A DNA stretch of 64,000 nucleotides, from contig OX597820.1 of assembly GCA_951406725.2 (NCBI GenBank), forward strand, positions 37,572,001 to 37,636,000. Direction: 5' to 3'. A program made the position numbers and the translations under genes. Below, in pieces: positions 51,906-64,000 of this stretch (positions are counted from its first letter, which is position 1; every line of letters starts with the position of its first letter). The notes under the pieces are model-generated. The model was given only the letters and a program-made list of their open reading frames with translations. It was not told the DNA's origin and did not search any database. This stretch comes from Octopus vulgaris. Lineage: Eukaryota.

Positions 51906-52600
51906 AAATATTTAAAATATGATTTTGTTGTGTCTAGGGAGAGTCATTATGCCAATATTATTTACACATACACTGGCACAATTCCACTGCTTTATTATTA
52001 GACAATTGGTTAAATATCCAACTAACTAATTGATTGTTTGTTTAATTTGTTTGGTTAAATAGATTTTGTTTTTGTCCTTTTTTTTTGTCAAAACTTTTTC
52101 GTTGCTATTTGCGAACTTTTCAATGACTATCTCTTAGTCTGTTACAGAGGCCACGTTTGTCTGAGACCTTGTTGCATATGTGTGTGTGTGTGTGTGTGCA
52201 TGTGCTTGGACATGTATGTATGTACGTATATATATATGTCTATGTATGTATGCATTCTTAAGCATGTGTGCATTCCTCTTTGTGTGTGTACACTTTTGTT
52301 TCCATGTGCATGTGTGCTTATGTGTGTCTGTGCATGTGAATTTGTGTATATGTTCAGACACAGACAGGCATATACATATCAAGCACCTGAACATGCTGGC
52401 ACAGCACACACACAACAAGGTTTTCAGACAGACAAATGTGGCCTTCATAACAGACTAAGAGAAAAGTCATTGAAAAGGTTGCAAATAGCTATGAAAGAAC
52501 TTTGCCCCCCCCCCCTTCCCCCCAAAAACTGATGTACTATTTTACCAAGTTAAACAACAGGTCAATTAGTTATATATTTAACCAATTCACTAATAATAAA

Positions 52601-52992
52601 GTAGGAGTGGCTGTGTGGTAAGTAGCTTGTTTACCAACCACATGGTTCCGGGTTCAGTCCCACTGCGTGGCACCTTGGGCAAGTGTCTTCTACTATAGCC
52701 TCGGGCTGACCAAAGCCTTGTGAGTAGATTTGGTAGATGGAAACTGAAAAGAAACCCGTTGTATATATGTATATATATATATATATGCGTTTATGTATCT
52801 GTATTTGTCCCCCTAGCATTGCTTGACAACCGATGGTGGTGTGTTTACGTCCCCGTCACTTAGCAGTTCGGCAAAAGAGACCGATAGAATAAGCACTGGG
52901 CTTACAAAAGAATAAGTCCCGGGATCAAGTTGCTCGATTAAAGGCGGTGCTCCAGCATGGCCGCAGTCAAATGACTGAAACAAGTAAAAGAG
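52601..52992 (+). mobile_element. SINE family A, full length, young
   Basis: Complete; CpGs largely retained. Confidence 0.92.
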
Positions 52993-55900
52993 TAGAATTG
53001 AACAAAATTTGTTTCAATACAGGAATTTGCATAAAGAATCTTGCAAACCAGATATAAAAATGTATTGAATTTAAAACATGACTTTAATTGATCCCCTCCT
53101 GTGGTCTCATGGTTCTTTACTAGAGTAACATAACTTTGGTAGATTTTTGACTTGTGTTGTCCTATATCACTGAGCCACAAAACTGACAATTTCAGTTATA
53201 ATAACAGTTTTAGTTACATAGCAAACAAATTGAGAGATATGTGGACTTTGGTTAAAGTATAAAATGTTCTTCTAGTTGAAAGGCTGCCTTACACATTGAA
53301 CTCGAGCAATGTGAAATAATATTAACTTAATTTAAAGAATATTATTTTGTTGGAATGTGGTAACCCTGTCCACATTTCTGTTAGATGTCTATCATTAAAA
53401 TAAAAACTTTTTCTAATGATATAAGATGCTATTGAAATTTGCATAACCATCTAACATAAATATCAATTTATGTTATGTTTAATCTACCACTTCTTACTAG
53501 ATGGTTAGTGTATTATATTATTATATATTACTAGTGTATTATATTATTATATATTATTAGTAGTGTTGCATTGCCAAAAACTGTGTCTTTAGATTTGCTT
53601 TCATTACATTCCTATGATAACAGTTATTAATTTTTAGATTTTCCTTTGACAGAGAGATTGACTATAAACATTACATGAGCCAGTATGTGTAGTTCATGTA
53701 TTTTTTGCTGACTGAGTATAAAAAATTGGTGAAGTGTTAGCTATCTCAGCCAAACAAGATTTTGGGTTCTGAAGAAGCTTAGAGCTTATCCCAGTTTTTA
53801 TAGCATCAAATAGCTGAGAAACATTGCCTTACTAGATAAGAAGAAAATGATTTACAGGCTTTACTTATAGAAAGTAACGAGCTTGGATTGTAAAATTTAC
53901 AGAACACTTATTTGCATAATTACACAGTGTGCCATACTTGACAGTAGTGAGTTTCACTTTCCTGTTAAGTGGATTAGGCCATTGTGCGTTGATTTTTTTT
54001 TCTTTAGGATTCAACACAATATTGGTGATAAGGACTGATCTTTCAGTTGGTTACTCAGTACTGCAATGACTCATCTAATTGTAGCCCCCAATGACAAAAT
54101 CTGTTAGTATATAAGCATGTGGTTATTCTAGTTATTCTGGTTATAAAAGAGAAAAAAAAAAAGAGATCTTTAAAATAGTGCATTGAATGGTGTCAAAATA
54201 TTTAATTTTGGTTATATTTTATTGAAGGTTGGGCCTAACCTTGAATAACATTAATATATTCTTTTGGATGACAATCTTACATCAAAAATATTATATTAAC
54301 TCAGCTGATCAAGTCAATAAAGCAGTCAGCTTATTGGTTGTAGGGTTGATGGTTTGTATACTGTCACCAGTGTTAGAACTGTGTCTCTGGTGGCAAAATT
54401 TTCATATTTATTAATGCTCCAGTCTGCCTAGTTCTATGTAAGTACTACAAGTAAGTAAAATTCAGCACTATGGTTTTGGAAGCATCATATAATTGCCCAG
54501 TGTTTTGTTTGCTTACTGTGTCAAAGCCAGTCACTCTCAGGCTTGATGAAGGGTATGTGAAATCACACCTTTGAATTATTACATTTTAACATTATGAGTA
54601 AAGGAATACTAGAACTGGAAGTGAGAACTATTTATATGTTTTCCAAATAGAAAATACTTGGTCCCATAGAATATTTGAGCCTTCATTGGATGGAGAATAA
54701 AGGTGAATTGTTATAGTTTGTGCTATTGGTATTCAGTTTGTTGTTGATGAAGAAATGTGATTGGAATGGAAGTTTTTGAGAAGGACAGGACACAAGATCT
54801 GAGAAATATTGGAAGCCAAGGTATGGAGTGAATTAAGTCGGTTTAAATGTGGGTAGGAAATATAATTTCAGAACTTTTTATAACAGCATTAAAAGTCACT
54901 AGGAGATATACCTCAATTTTAGGGGAAAATGTGTTTAAAATGAAAGTACATCATTGGAGAGGGACTGAAATCTTACTGGTTAGAAAATAATTGATAATGA
55001 AACAGTAACTATAACTTGCCGTATTTCATATTTGACTTTGATTTCAGTTCTAGTGGGGGGCTACAAAAATCTATTGAAGCCTTTTGAGAAATACAAATTT
55101 TTAGTGTTTATCACAACTTCCCAGTCTGTATGATCCTGCAGCATGATTGTATGTGATATTTTTTTTGTCCTTTTCAGTTGAATGTGAAAGAGGGAGAATG
55201 ACCTCTTTGTGCTTCTACTGATTTAAAAAAAAACAAAAGAACTCTAAAGTTCAATAAAATGCAGTGATGTCTACCCCTGGCCCATAAGAAAATTTGTGCT
55301 CTGTACTCAAGCTAATTGATCACTCATTAGTTATGCATTGCTTTCACTAAGTGTGGCAGTAAGCCGTTCCTGTTTATAGCAATCAGATTGATCCAGAAAG
55401 TGAGACATATATGGACTGGATATGAATTGTTGACTCTTTACTGCTATCACTCTTAAGAGAATTAAATTGTCCTGCTACTGTTGTCATGTGTAAAATCATG
55501 CAAAATTATCTTGTTGGGGACCAAATATATTTAGTTTTAAAAACTTTTACTACTGTTATTATTAAAGAACCATGTGAGTGAAAAATAAATGACTGTGTGC
55601 TAAGAATATTGGGAGGCTAACACTGTTGTGTGGTGCTTACAATTTACTCTATCCAAAGAGTGAATTGTAAATGTTGAAAGAATAGATGATCTCAAATTGT
55701 TTTTTTTTTTAATTATTCTTTTAAATTTTCATAAATGCTTTCATTAGAGAGTTTAATGTTAGAGAACCTGTTTTTATTTCAGTTTAAAATGTGTTTCTAG
55801 ATTCTTTGTTTTGTTTTCATAAGTAATTGTAATAATACTGCCTCTCCTAATAGGCAACCAAATGTAATTGATTATTTTTTGTTAACTTGATGTCGAAGAA

Positions 55901-56103
55901 TAATTTAATTAGTTAGTAGGAAAATCAGCTTTGTTAGCTGTAAATAATAGGAATAGAAATTTTCATAAGTATCCAAAACATTTTATTCCAACTGTAAAAA
56001 TTTTATTGCATTTTTACTTTTTTTATGAAAGCTTTTGTGGAGTATTGTTAAAAAGATCATGTGCAGTATTTTTTTCTTGTTTGTTAAAATTTGTTCCTAT
56101 ATA

Positions 56104-56500
56104 CGCGCAGGAGTGGCTGTGTGGTAAGTAGCTTGCTAACCAACCACATGGTTCCGGGTTCAGTCCCACTGCGTGGTATCTTGGGCAAGTGTCTTCTGCT
56201 ATAGCCCCGGGCCGACCAATGCCTTGTGAGTGGATTTGGTAGACGGAAACTGAAAGAAGCCTGTTGTATATATGTATATATATATATGTATGTGTGTGTT
56301 TGTGTGTCTGTGTTTGTCCCCCTAGCATTGTTTGACAACCGATGCTGGTGTGTTTACGTCCCCGTCACTTAGCGGTTTGGCAAAAGAGACTGATAGAATA
56401 AGTACTGGGCTTACAAAGAATAAGTGCCAGGGTCGATTTGCTCGACTAAAGGCGGTGCTCTAGCATGGCCGCAGTCAAATGACTGAAACGAGTAAAAGAG
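56104..56500 (+). mobile_element. SINE family A, full length, young
   Basis: Complete; CpGs retained. Confidence 0.92.
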
Positions 56501-57439
56501 TATATCAAATGTATATTTTATATTATAATATCTGCTACATTAATTAGCAATTGATTATATGATATACAGTCATTATAGTAAGCCATTTACTTTAATAATG
56601 TTATGGACTGAACTTTACTGATTCAATATGGTTGATATATCTGTGACTTCTAAATTCAGACCAGCTGAAAAAACAGACTAAAAAAATGATCACTTGGGAT
56701 GAAATATTAAATACACAGGCAGAATTCTGGAATTTAGGCTTTGTGTTCTTACTGTTCTAATATTTATTATAGTAGATTCAAATTATAAAGTTCTACTTTT
56801 TTTTTTACAATACCAGTTATATATAACTGGATATAATTACATTTATGAAGTTGTATTGCAAGATTCCTGGTGTAATTCATTGTATTATTTCTTTTGATAT
56901 CAACCAGTTGAGACCACCCCTGGATCTATGATAGACACTTCCTGTTTTAAAGTAGTTTAAGTTAAAACCATTCATGAAAAGTTTGTGTTAATATACTTTC
57001 CAAGCACCCATTTAATAACAACAAAAATTATTTTACTAGATAGTTTATTATTTTCAAAATTAATTGAAACAAAGAAAGAAATATGGTCAAGAAAAAGGGT
57101 TAATACTGTTATTGTTTTAAACTTTGAATCATGGTATCTACAACTGTGGAATTTAACTGAAGAACAGGAAAAACCAGAACTAGACCCTTATACCACTTTG
57201 AATATTAATTATAACAATGATGCACTACTACCAACCATTTCATTGTTTGATAAGAGTTTAAGAAAATTTATTTGTAGGTTATTATTAGTATTTAGCAAAA
57301 ACTTAGTAAGATGAAAAATACAGTTGATTCAGATCGGTTTTGACTTGTGGAGCAGTAAGTAACCAAAATAGTTATTTTAATCCTTATAAACCCACCTTTG
57401 TGATCAGAAATCTCCAAGAACACTCTTGTCCATGAAGAA

Positions 57440-57830
57440 GACCATATTCTTCGGCTTGACCATCTATAGGCCAACATATGTGGGAAAAGTATGGACAGCA
57501 GTTGAATTCTAGAGGATTGCAGTTCTGGAGATGGAAGACTGGACAAAGTGTTCCTTGAGACACAGTAAGGATAATCAGAAGAGAAGACCTGAACGACCTG
57601 GTAATAGGTGGTGTGTAACTCAGTAATTCAGAAAAGCAGAGGCTAATATAGTATTATTAGAAGAATCAAAGTGAGGAAAGTATGTCTTTTTGAGTTACAG
57701 GTTGTGGTATTGCTAAATATGGTCTAGGATATCTGTGTTTAGCAGTATTGTCCCATACAAGGTGGTTGTACTTGAGTTGTACTGCTTTGTCGGTAATATG
57801 ATCTGACAGTTTGGTGTTACTTCTGCAGTT
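57440..57830 (-). mobile_element. Degenerate LINE ORF2 C-terminus (CR1/Jockey-like)
   Basis: FVQSSISRTAIL*NSTAVHTFPTYVGL*MVK resembles SFFPRTxxLWNSLPxxVFPxxYxLxxFK. Confidence 0.45.
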
Positions 57831-59044
57831 GATGATTTTTTTTTTTATGGGAACAATTTTACTAATTTATTACTAGATTGGAATAAGGTATAAACATCAC
57901 AACCACCCAAGGGTTTTCTCTATCTGGTTCTCTTACAATATATATGTTTAAGAAATTATTTTGCTGATTGAGAAAATTAGGTCACAGTTACTTTCTCTTC
58001 AATGAATATTAGCCTCATGCTGTCATAGGGAATTTCACCATTATAATTTTGTTATTAGGGTTGTTAAGTTGACTAAGATGGTACAAATTCAAAATAGATA
58101 TTTTATGTTCTTTAGCTTGGCGCTTCTTCCTGAATTCAAATCCCACCTGATAGACTAAATAAATGTATTGTGGTCATTTCAAGACTATACTTCCTCCCTA
58201 ACCAACCATAAGAAAAATGAGCTGGACTTGGACCTATGCTTTTTTTTTCTTTGCTTGGTGGGTCTGGAGGAAGGGGCAGTGCCCATAACCTATCAGGCTC
58301 TCCAACACCAGTGAGATTAATGTCATTCATGTTTCTCATGAACCTTGGTAAGTCAATACCAGAAACCAGAACTGTTTATGAATCACTGTAGAATTTATGA
58401 GAAAGCTAATATTGAAAAAAAAAAAACCCAACTGAAAATGGAAGCTAAAAGCAAAGTAATACAAGTAGACAGCAGCTGATAGAGATAATATTTCATAATA
58501 ATAATAGGCAACAACAATTGTTAACCTAAGATGATTCAAGTCATTATTAATGAAGCTCTATGTTGCCACAATGCTCTAATTTCCATTTCATATTGCAGCT
58601 TGATGCTGACAATCAAAACAATAGCTATAACTTCCACAACTGTTTGTTCTCTTGTTCTCACTTCCATTTGGGCTGGTAAGTAGAGAACAACCATTTATAT
58701 TTTCTCTGTTAACTTTGTGGGGAAGTTAAATGGAAAGCAAATATATGGATAATAAGTTGAGATAAGCTGTAGTAAATCTTAGTGTTCCACAATAGCAGTG
58801 AGGAGCATAAGTAGACCATGGGAGCCTTTCATTCCTGTGTAATAAGGTCTGTTTAACAGAAATGATGTTGGGGGTAGGGGACAGTGTTATTGTCATTCAT
58901 GTTACTTAGAGATTGAAATATTTATTCCAGTATGTTACTGGTGCTAATTGTTATTTATCTTTGAGTGATGAAAATCCTGCTTGAATTACCAATAGTTGAA
59001 CCCATGAATCTTAAATGCATTTGCCTACATTTTTATCATCATCA

Positions 59045-59480
59045 TCATTGTTATTATTATTCTAAATTCTCCAGAGCTATTTATGTCACATCTCAGCTCC
59101 ATTCTGCAGCTTAGAAACGCAAAACATTTTTCTCATTGCATGAGTTGTTCCAAATATTGCTGCCAACTGAGTACTTCCCATAAAGTTTGGTATTTACAGC
59201 TTTGTATGCCAGAATATTGTTTTCTTTGAGATGGCCTGAAGTACGCCAATCACAATAGGTACCACACTCACTTTTGGAGGCTCTGAGGATGCGTTTCGCT
59301 TCCAATGCAAGATCTTCATATTTCCCAGCCTTATTGTTCTCTGCCTTCGCAATATTCTGGTCTGCAGGTGTAGCTACACTGATGAAGGTCCATCCTTTGG
59401 GCCCCTTCCATAGGAGAGTGATATCTCGTCAGTCATGTAGTGGCTTTTTATTTGTGTTGATTGGCACATATGTGATCATT
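59045..59480 (-). mobile_element. R4/Dong-type LINE 3' end: restriction-like endonuclease remnant
   Basis: RDITLLWK...FISVATPADQNIAKAENNKAGKYEDLALEAKR / VVPIVIGVL...QLAAIFGTTHAMRK, matching PDIV...IIDVAVPxDxN...EKxxKYxDL...VVPVVIGALG...LGTAxILRK; (TAA)n tail. Confidence 0.75.
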
Positions 59481-59970
59481 CGTTAGTATGACCATTCTAG
59501 CTCATACCTCTAGCTTATCATCATCATCATCATCATATGTTTGTTTTTCATGCCGACATGGATCAGAGAGGTCATCATGGTTGGAATCAGCACATATTTG
59601 CAAGTATTTCTCAACTAGATGGGTCAAGGGATCTCATCTCATTCGCATTTCATTTTTGGTTTGGCTTCTATTGCTGTATACCCTTCCTAAATATCAGCCA
59701 CTTCACAGAGTGTACTGGATGCTTGTTTTCATGACAGCCAGCGTTAGGGAGGTGTCATGTCTTCAGCAAGATTCACACTTTTATAACATGAACTAGGTGC
59801 ATTTTTTGTGATGCTAGCACAAAAGGGGGAGCCATGACTTTGATGTGATTAAAAGCAACATCACTTGCCAGTCTCTTTACAGAGTGAGAAACATGAATGC
59901 TCAAAACATGAAAGAATGAATAATAGTGGTTGAACTACCAATGCTGTGCTTTCTGCTGGTTTGGTATTAT

Positions 59971-60622
59971 GGGTCAAAAGTGAATATTGTTTCACTTTCA
60001 TTCTTTCACTAAGTTCAAGGTATATAAAAATACACATTTATTATTCAATTACCAGTTAATAATTGCCACAGCAGTTGCAAGGTATTTACAGTTACATATT
60101 GACCCTTAAATTAACATTTAATACATGTACTTAATATATATGTATTAATAAATTTATCTATAATAATTATTGTGGCTTTTACCGTTAAATTAGCAGTTCG
60201 TACATGTACTTCTATTTGGTTAACCTATAAAATTCTTTGTCTCTCTGTCTGTTCCCAATGCATTCTCAAACAGCTCCACCAAATAAAATCAAATTTTACA
60301 AGTGTCAACATATAATTTTTTGTTCATTTCCATTTAAACAATATAACATTTTATAGAGATAATCTTTCTAGAGTCAAATATAGTACAGGACATTTTATAC
60401 CATGATGATGACGACAACATCACATTTTGTATATGAGTATATATGTGTCTGTCAGTGTATGTATGTGTGTGTGTGTGTGTATGTACAGACCACATACAAA
60501 TTCGTTCTCCACCACTCCTGGAGCTGCTTTCAGATACGATCCATCCCATTCTTATAAGAATTATAATTCTATCCAAATTGGTGTGCTAAACTAAAATTTT
60601 CGTTTCTGCTTCAACATAACTG

Positions 60623-60665
<43 letters not shown>

Positions 60666-60704
60666 GCCATTTTAATCCCGAGCAACGCCAGGTATCTCTG
60701 CTAG
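59971..60704 (+). mobile_element. Helitron-like non-autonomous element, 3' part
   Basis: Ends with degenerate GC hairpin cccgagcaacgccagg, then CTAG|T at 60701-60705; body homologous to 61312-62305. Confidence 0.6.
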
Positions 60705-60744
60705 TATATGTATACATATATTGTTGGGTGATATGATATGATTG

Positions 60745-61118
60745 AGAAGACCTGTTGAGTCAAGTAACATTGAAATTGTAGCTGTGGCCAGTACTGCCTG
60801 ACTGGCTTTCATGCCGGTGACATGTAAAATGTACCATCCAAACATGGTGGATGCCAGTGCCCACCCCCAACTGGCTCCTGTGCTGGTAGCACATAAAAAA
60901 AAAACATCTGTATGTGGTCAGTGCTAGTGCCTCCTGACTGGCTTCCATGTTGATGGCATGTAAAAAGCACCCACTACACACTTGGAGAGGTTGGCATTAG
61001 GAAGGGCACTCAGCTGTAGAAACATTGCCAGATCAGACTGAAGCCTGGTGCAACCCACTGGCTTGCCAGACCTCAGTCAAACCATCCAACCCATGCCAGT
61101 ATGGAAAGTGATGATGAT
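60745..61118 (+). mobile_element. Family B element, older copy with three ~60-nt units
   Basis: gaagacctgttgag start; gccagt...actggc / gtgctggtagcac units; aggaagggca...ccagtatggaaagtgatgatga tail. Confidence 0.8.
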
Positions 61119-62305
61119 AAAACTGAGAATGTGTGTGCGTGTGTCTGTATGTATGTGTGAATCCCTAAAACTTGAGAACTATCCAACCGATCTCATTCAA
61201 ATTTTACACGTGCATTACTTTGGGTCCATAGAGTGTCATGGGCTAAAAGAAGTTTCAACTCCTTGCCTAATGTGGGCCTGGTGCAATCTTTTAGACTTGG
61301 TTTGGTATTACAGGTCATAAGTGAATATTGTTTCACTTTTAATTCTAATGTGATAAGACGATAATATTGTTTCAGTTTTATTACGTGTCAAAAGTGATAG
61401 TTTCACTTTTATTGTTTCACTTTTAATGTTTCACTTTTAATTCTAATATGATAACTCTAATTCCAACGTATATAATAATACACACTTACCACTCAATTAC
61501 CAGTTAATAATTATTGCAGCAGTTGCAAGGTATTAACAGTTACAAGGTATTAAGTTACATATTAACCCTTAAATTAACATTTAATACATGTGCTTAATAT
61601 ATGTATATTAATAAATTTATCTATAATAATTATTGTGGCATTTACCATTAAATTAGCAGTTCTATTTGGTTAATCTCTATATATATCAAATGGTTCCACC
61701 AAATAAAATCAAATTGTACAAGGTAATAGTATCATACCCCACCAGTGTCAACATGTAATTTTTTTTCCATTTCAATTAAAACAATATATTTTATGAGAGA
61801 TAATCTTCATATAATAGTCAAATATAGTATGGGACATTTTATATCATGTTAATGACATCACATTTTGTGTATGAGTATGTATGTGTCTGTCTGTATGTGT
61901 GTGTGTATGTGTCTGTCAGTGTGTGTGTGTTTCTGCATTTGACGACATTACATTTTGTATATGAGTGTCTATGTGTCTGTGAGTGTATGTGTGTTTTTCC
62001 ATGTTAGGGGTGTCATTCAACACACACATCTACACATACATAAACATGTGTGCCGTCTAACGTGTGAATAAATGTGTCTCTCTATTACTATATAGTATTA
62101 CACCCCATATATGACTGTCAATATGTAATTTTTTTCATATCTATTAATACAATGTAACATTTCATAGGCATAATCTTTCTATAGTTAACTATAGTACAGG
62201 GACATTTTATATGAGTGTGTGTGTCTGTGTATTTGTGCATTTGATACGTACGAGATAGTAAAGGACATTTTATACCATGACAACGATGTCACATTTTGTA
62301 TATGG
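61116..62305 (+). mobile_element. Second Helitron-like copy (5' and internal part)
   Basis: 5'-like ataaaactgagaatgtgtgt...ccaaccgatctcattcaaatttt; shares several hundred bp with 59971-60480; internal subrepeats. Confidence 0.5.
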
Positions 62306-63249
62306 GTGGTGTTTATGTAAGAAATCATTTTTAGCAGATTCGCAGAATCATTAGAGCATTAGTTAAAATGCTTTGCAGTTTTTAGTTATGGCTCTTTATG
62401 TTCTAAGTTCAAATCCTGCTGCGGTCAACTTTTCTTTTTATTCTTCTAGGGTTGGTGTAATAAAGTACCAATCAAGTTCTGATATCAATAAATTTGACTA
62501 TTCATTTCCTCAAATTTATAGTTTTGCAAGAAATATTAATGCTAATTATTATAACAAGTGTATGCAGTGTTTTAAAACTGTTCTAAATGCCCTCATTCAG
62601 TGTTTGAAAATTGCTGAGTTGTAAAGTTATGTTGAGCAACTGTTGTCACGTGCAGGAGTGATCCACTTATTGACCGACCATCATGTGGGTTGTTTCGCTG
62701 CCTTCCTTTGGCAGGGATGGGTAACCAGTTTTCCTCTATTTGATGGCTACAATGAAAGTGGTTGTATTATAGATAAGATTGAAAAGACTGAGGACAGACA
62801 GATACTTCATTGGCTAAATTCTCACCAACTTGAAAAATTGATGAGTGTTCCATTCACTGAGGATGGTGCAGGTGAATAGGGAGGTGTTGCCCTCCATTAA
62901 ATTTACTGAAAGATGAGTGAGAGTGGTAAGCACAGTCTGATTGAATGGGACTCATCTCAACATATATGTGTGTGCAGGAAAACACAGCTGGGACAGGGCA
63001 CTTGCCCTTGGTTAGGGTAATCTCAGATCTATGGATTTTCTTGATTGGTACCAGGTGATTGTCATTCTATCAGGATATCTCAGTTCATTCATTTTGAGCA
63101 CTGATATTTTTCATGCTTGTATTTTCATAATCGATTCTGTATAAATCTTCACCGATTTTTTTGTTAATTTGTTTTAGTAGTGTCCACTCATCTATTACTT
63201 TGTGTCAAATAAAGATATTGTTATAACTTATCTTCTCCATTTGTAAGAT

Positions 63250-63599
63250 GGCAGGTTGGCAGAATTGTTAGCATCTCAGACAAGATTCTTAGTAGCATTT
63301 CTTTTGACTCTTTACATTCTGTGTTCAAATTCTGCAGAGGTTTACTTTTCTTTTCATCCTTTTGGGGGTTGATAAAATAAGTACCAGTTGAACTCGGGAT
63401 TAATGTATTTGATTTATTCCTCCCGTAAAGTTGTTGGCTTTGTGCCAAAATTTAAAACAAATTTAGCTGTAAGTTCATTTATCAACCCTGAAAGGATTAA
63501 GAGCAAAGGTGACTTAGGAATTTGGATTCAGAACATAGGGCTAGAAGATATGCTGCTATGAATTTTGTCAGACTCGCAAATAATTCTTCCAGCTCACCG
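63250..63599. mobile_element. Inverted pair of SINE family C copies (63250-63458 +, 63478-63599 -)
   Basis: tcatccttttgggggttgataaa versus tttatcaaccctgaaaggat. Confidence 0.75.
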
Positions 63600-63852
63600 T
63601 CATTATTTTCTCCACTTAGAGCTTTATCATTATATAGAAGGTGAAGATAGTGCTGAGAACTTCTTACCTGTAAAGGAAAAAAAAAAACCTTCAACATTCC
63701 TGCTATTGAGAAGATGAATTTCATCTTCCTGAATATCCAACAAAATAATAATGATAAAAAAATTATATCATAAAATCATTTTGAAATTCTGTATTGCCTT
63801 CTTATCTTTGTGTTATGAAATTTAAATATAACTTTTTTTTTTTCTAGCAGAC

Positions 63853-63955
63853 ATGGGTCACACATTATCAGAACCTGTGACTTCGAAGACTACGTCCAGT
63901 TGTGAAAACCATTATGTAAAAGTTGGTTCATCTTGCATGCAAGGATGGCGAATCA
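63853..63955 (+). CDS. First coding exon of a PP2C/PPM-family Ser/Thr phosphatase (C. elegans ppm-2/T23F11.1-like, Ptc2/3-like)
   Basis: MGHTLSEPVTSKTTSSCENHYVKVGSSCMQGWRI matches the PP2C N-terminus MGQTLSEPVTxK...VGSSCMQGWRxxMED; MGxxxS myristoylation motif; acceptor tttttctag/cag upstream; phase-1 exon end. Confidence 0.95.
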
Positions 63956-63965
63956 GTATCCTTTT
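63956..63965 (+). other. U12-type (minor spliceosome) 5' splice site
   Basis: GTATCCTTTT immediately after the last coding base; matches the RTATCCTTT consensus. Confidence 0.9.
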
Positions 63966-64000
63966 TAAACATTTTGATTTTATTCTTTCATTCATCACCA

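Noticed and set aside
54008-55225. Acceptors near 54008 and 55178 with short phase-1 frames
   Set aside because: They lie beyond the putative promoter, lack CpG or other support, and have lengths expected by chance; kept as a caution for the last-exon hypothesis.

Overview
Eukaryotic, AT-rich, CpG-depleted DNA, very probably from an octopod cephalopod (Octopus), judged by its SINE families and TA/TG microsatellite load. It is mostly intronic/UTR sequence. The only firmly identifiable host-gene exon is the first coding exon of a PP2C/PPM phosphatase (63853-63955, MGHTLSEPVT...GSSCMQGWRI), which is followed by a U12-type (minor spliceosome) donor GTATCCTTT. Its probable promoter and non-coding first exon lie in a CpG-retaining island at about 35.7-36.4 kb. 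The left 33 kb holds a series of short acceptor-to-stop segments, all readable in phase 1, that may be alternative last exons of an unidentified upstream + strand gene (unproven). The rest is transposon debris: tRNA-derived SINE families, RTE-type non-autonomous elements, CR1-type LINE fragments, an R4/Dong-type endonuclease remnant, Tc1/mariner remnants, a Tc2-type MITE, Helitron-like pieces and Penelope-like fragments. The Penelope-like fragments include a GIY-YIG endonuclease and several minimal type-I hammerhead ribozyme motifs, one fused behind a tRNA-like Pol III head. Nearly all ORFs in the supplied track are microsatellite or SINE artefacts.
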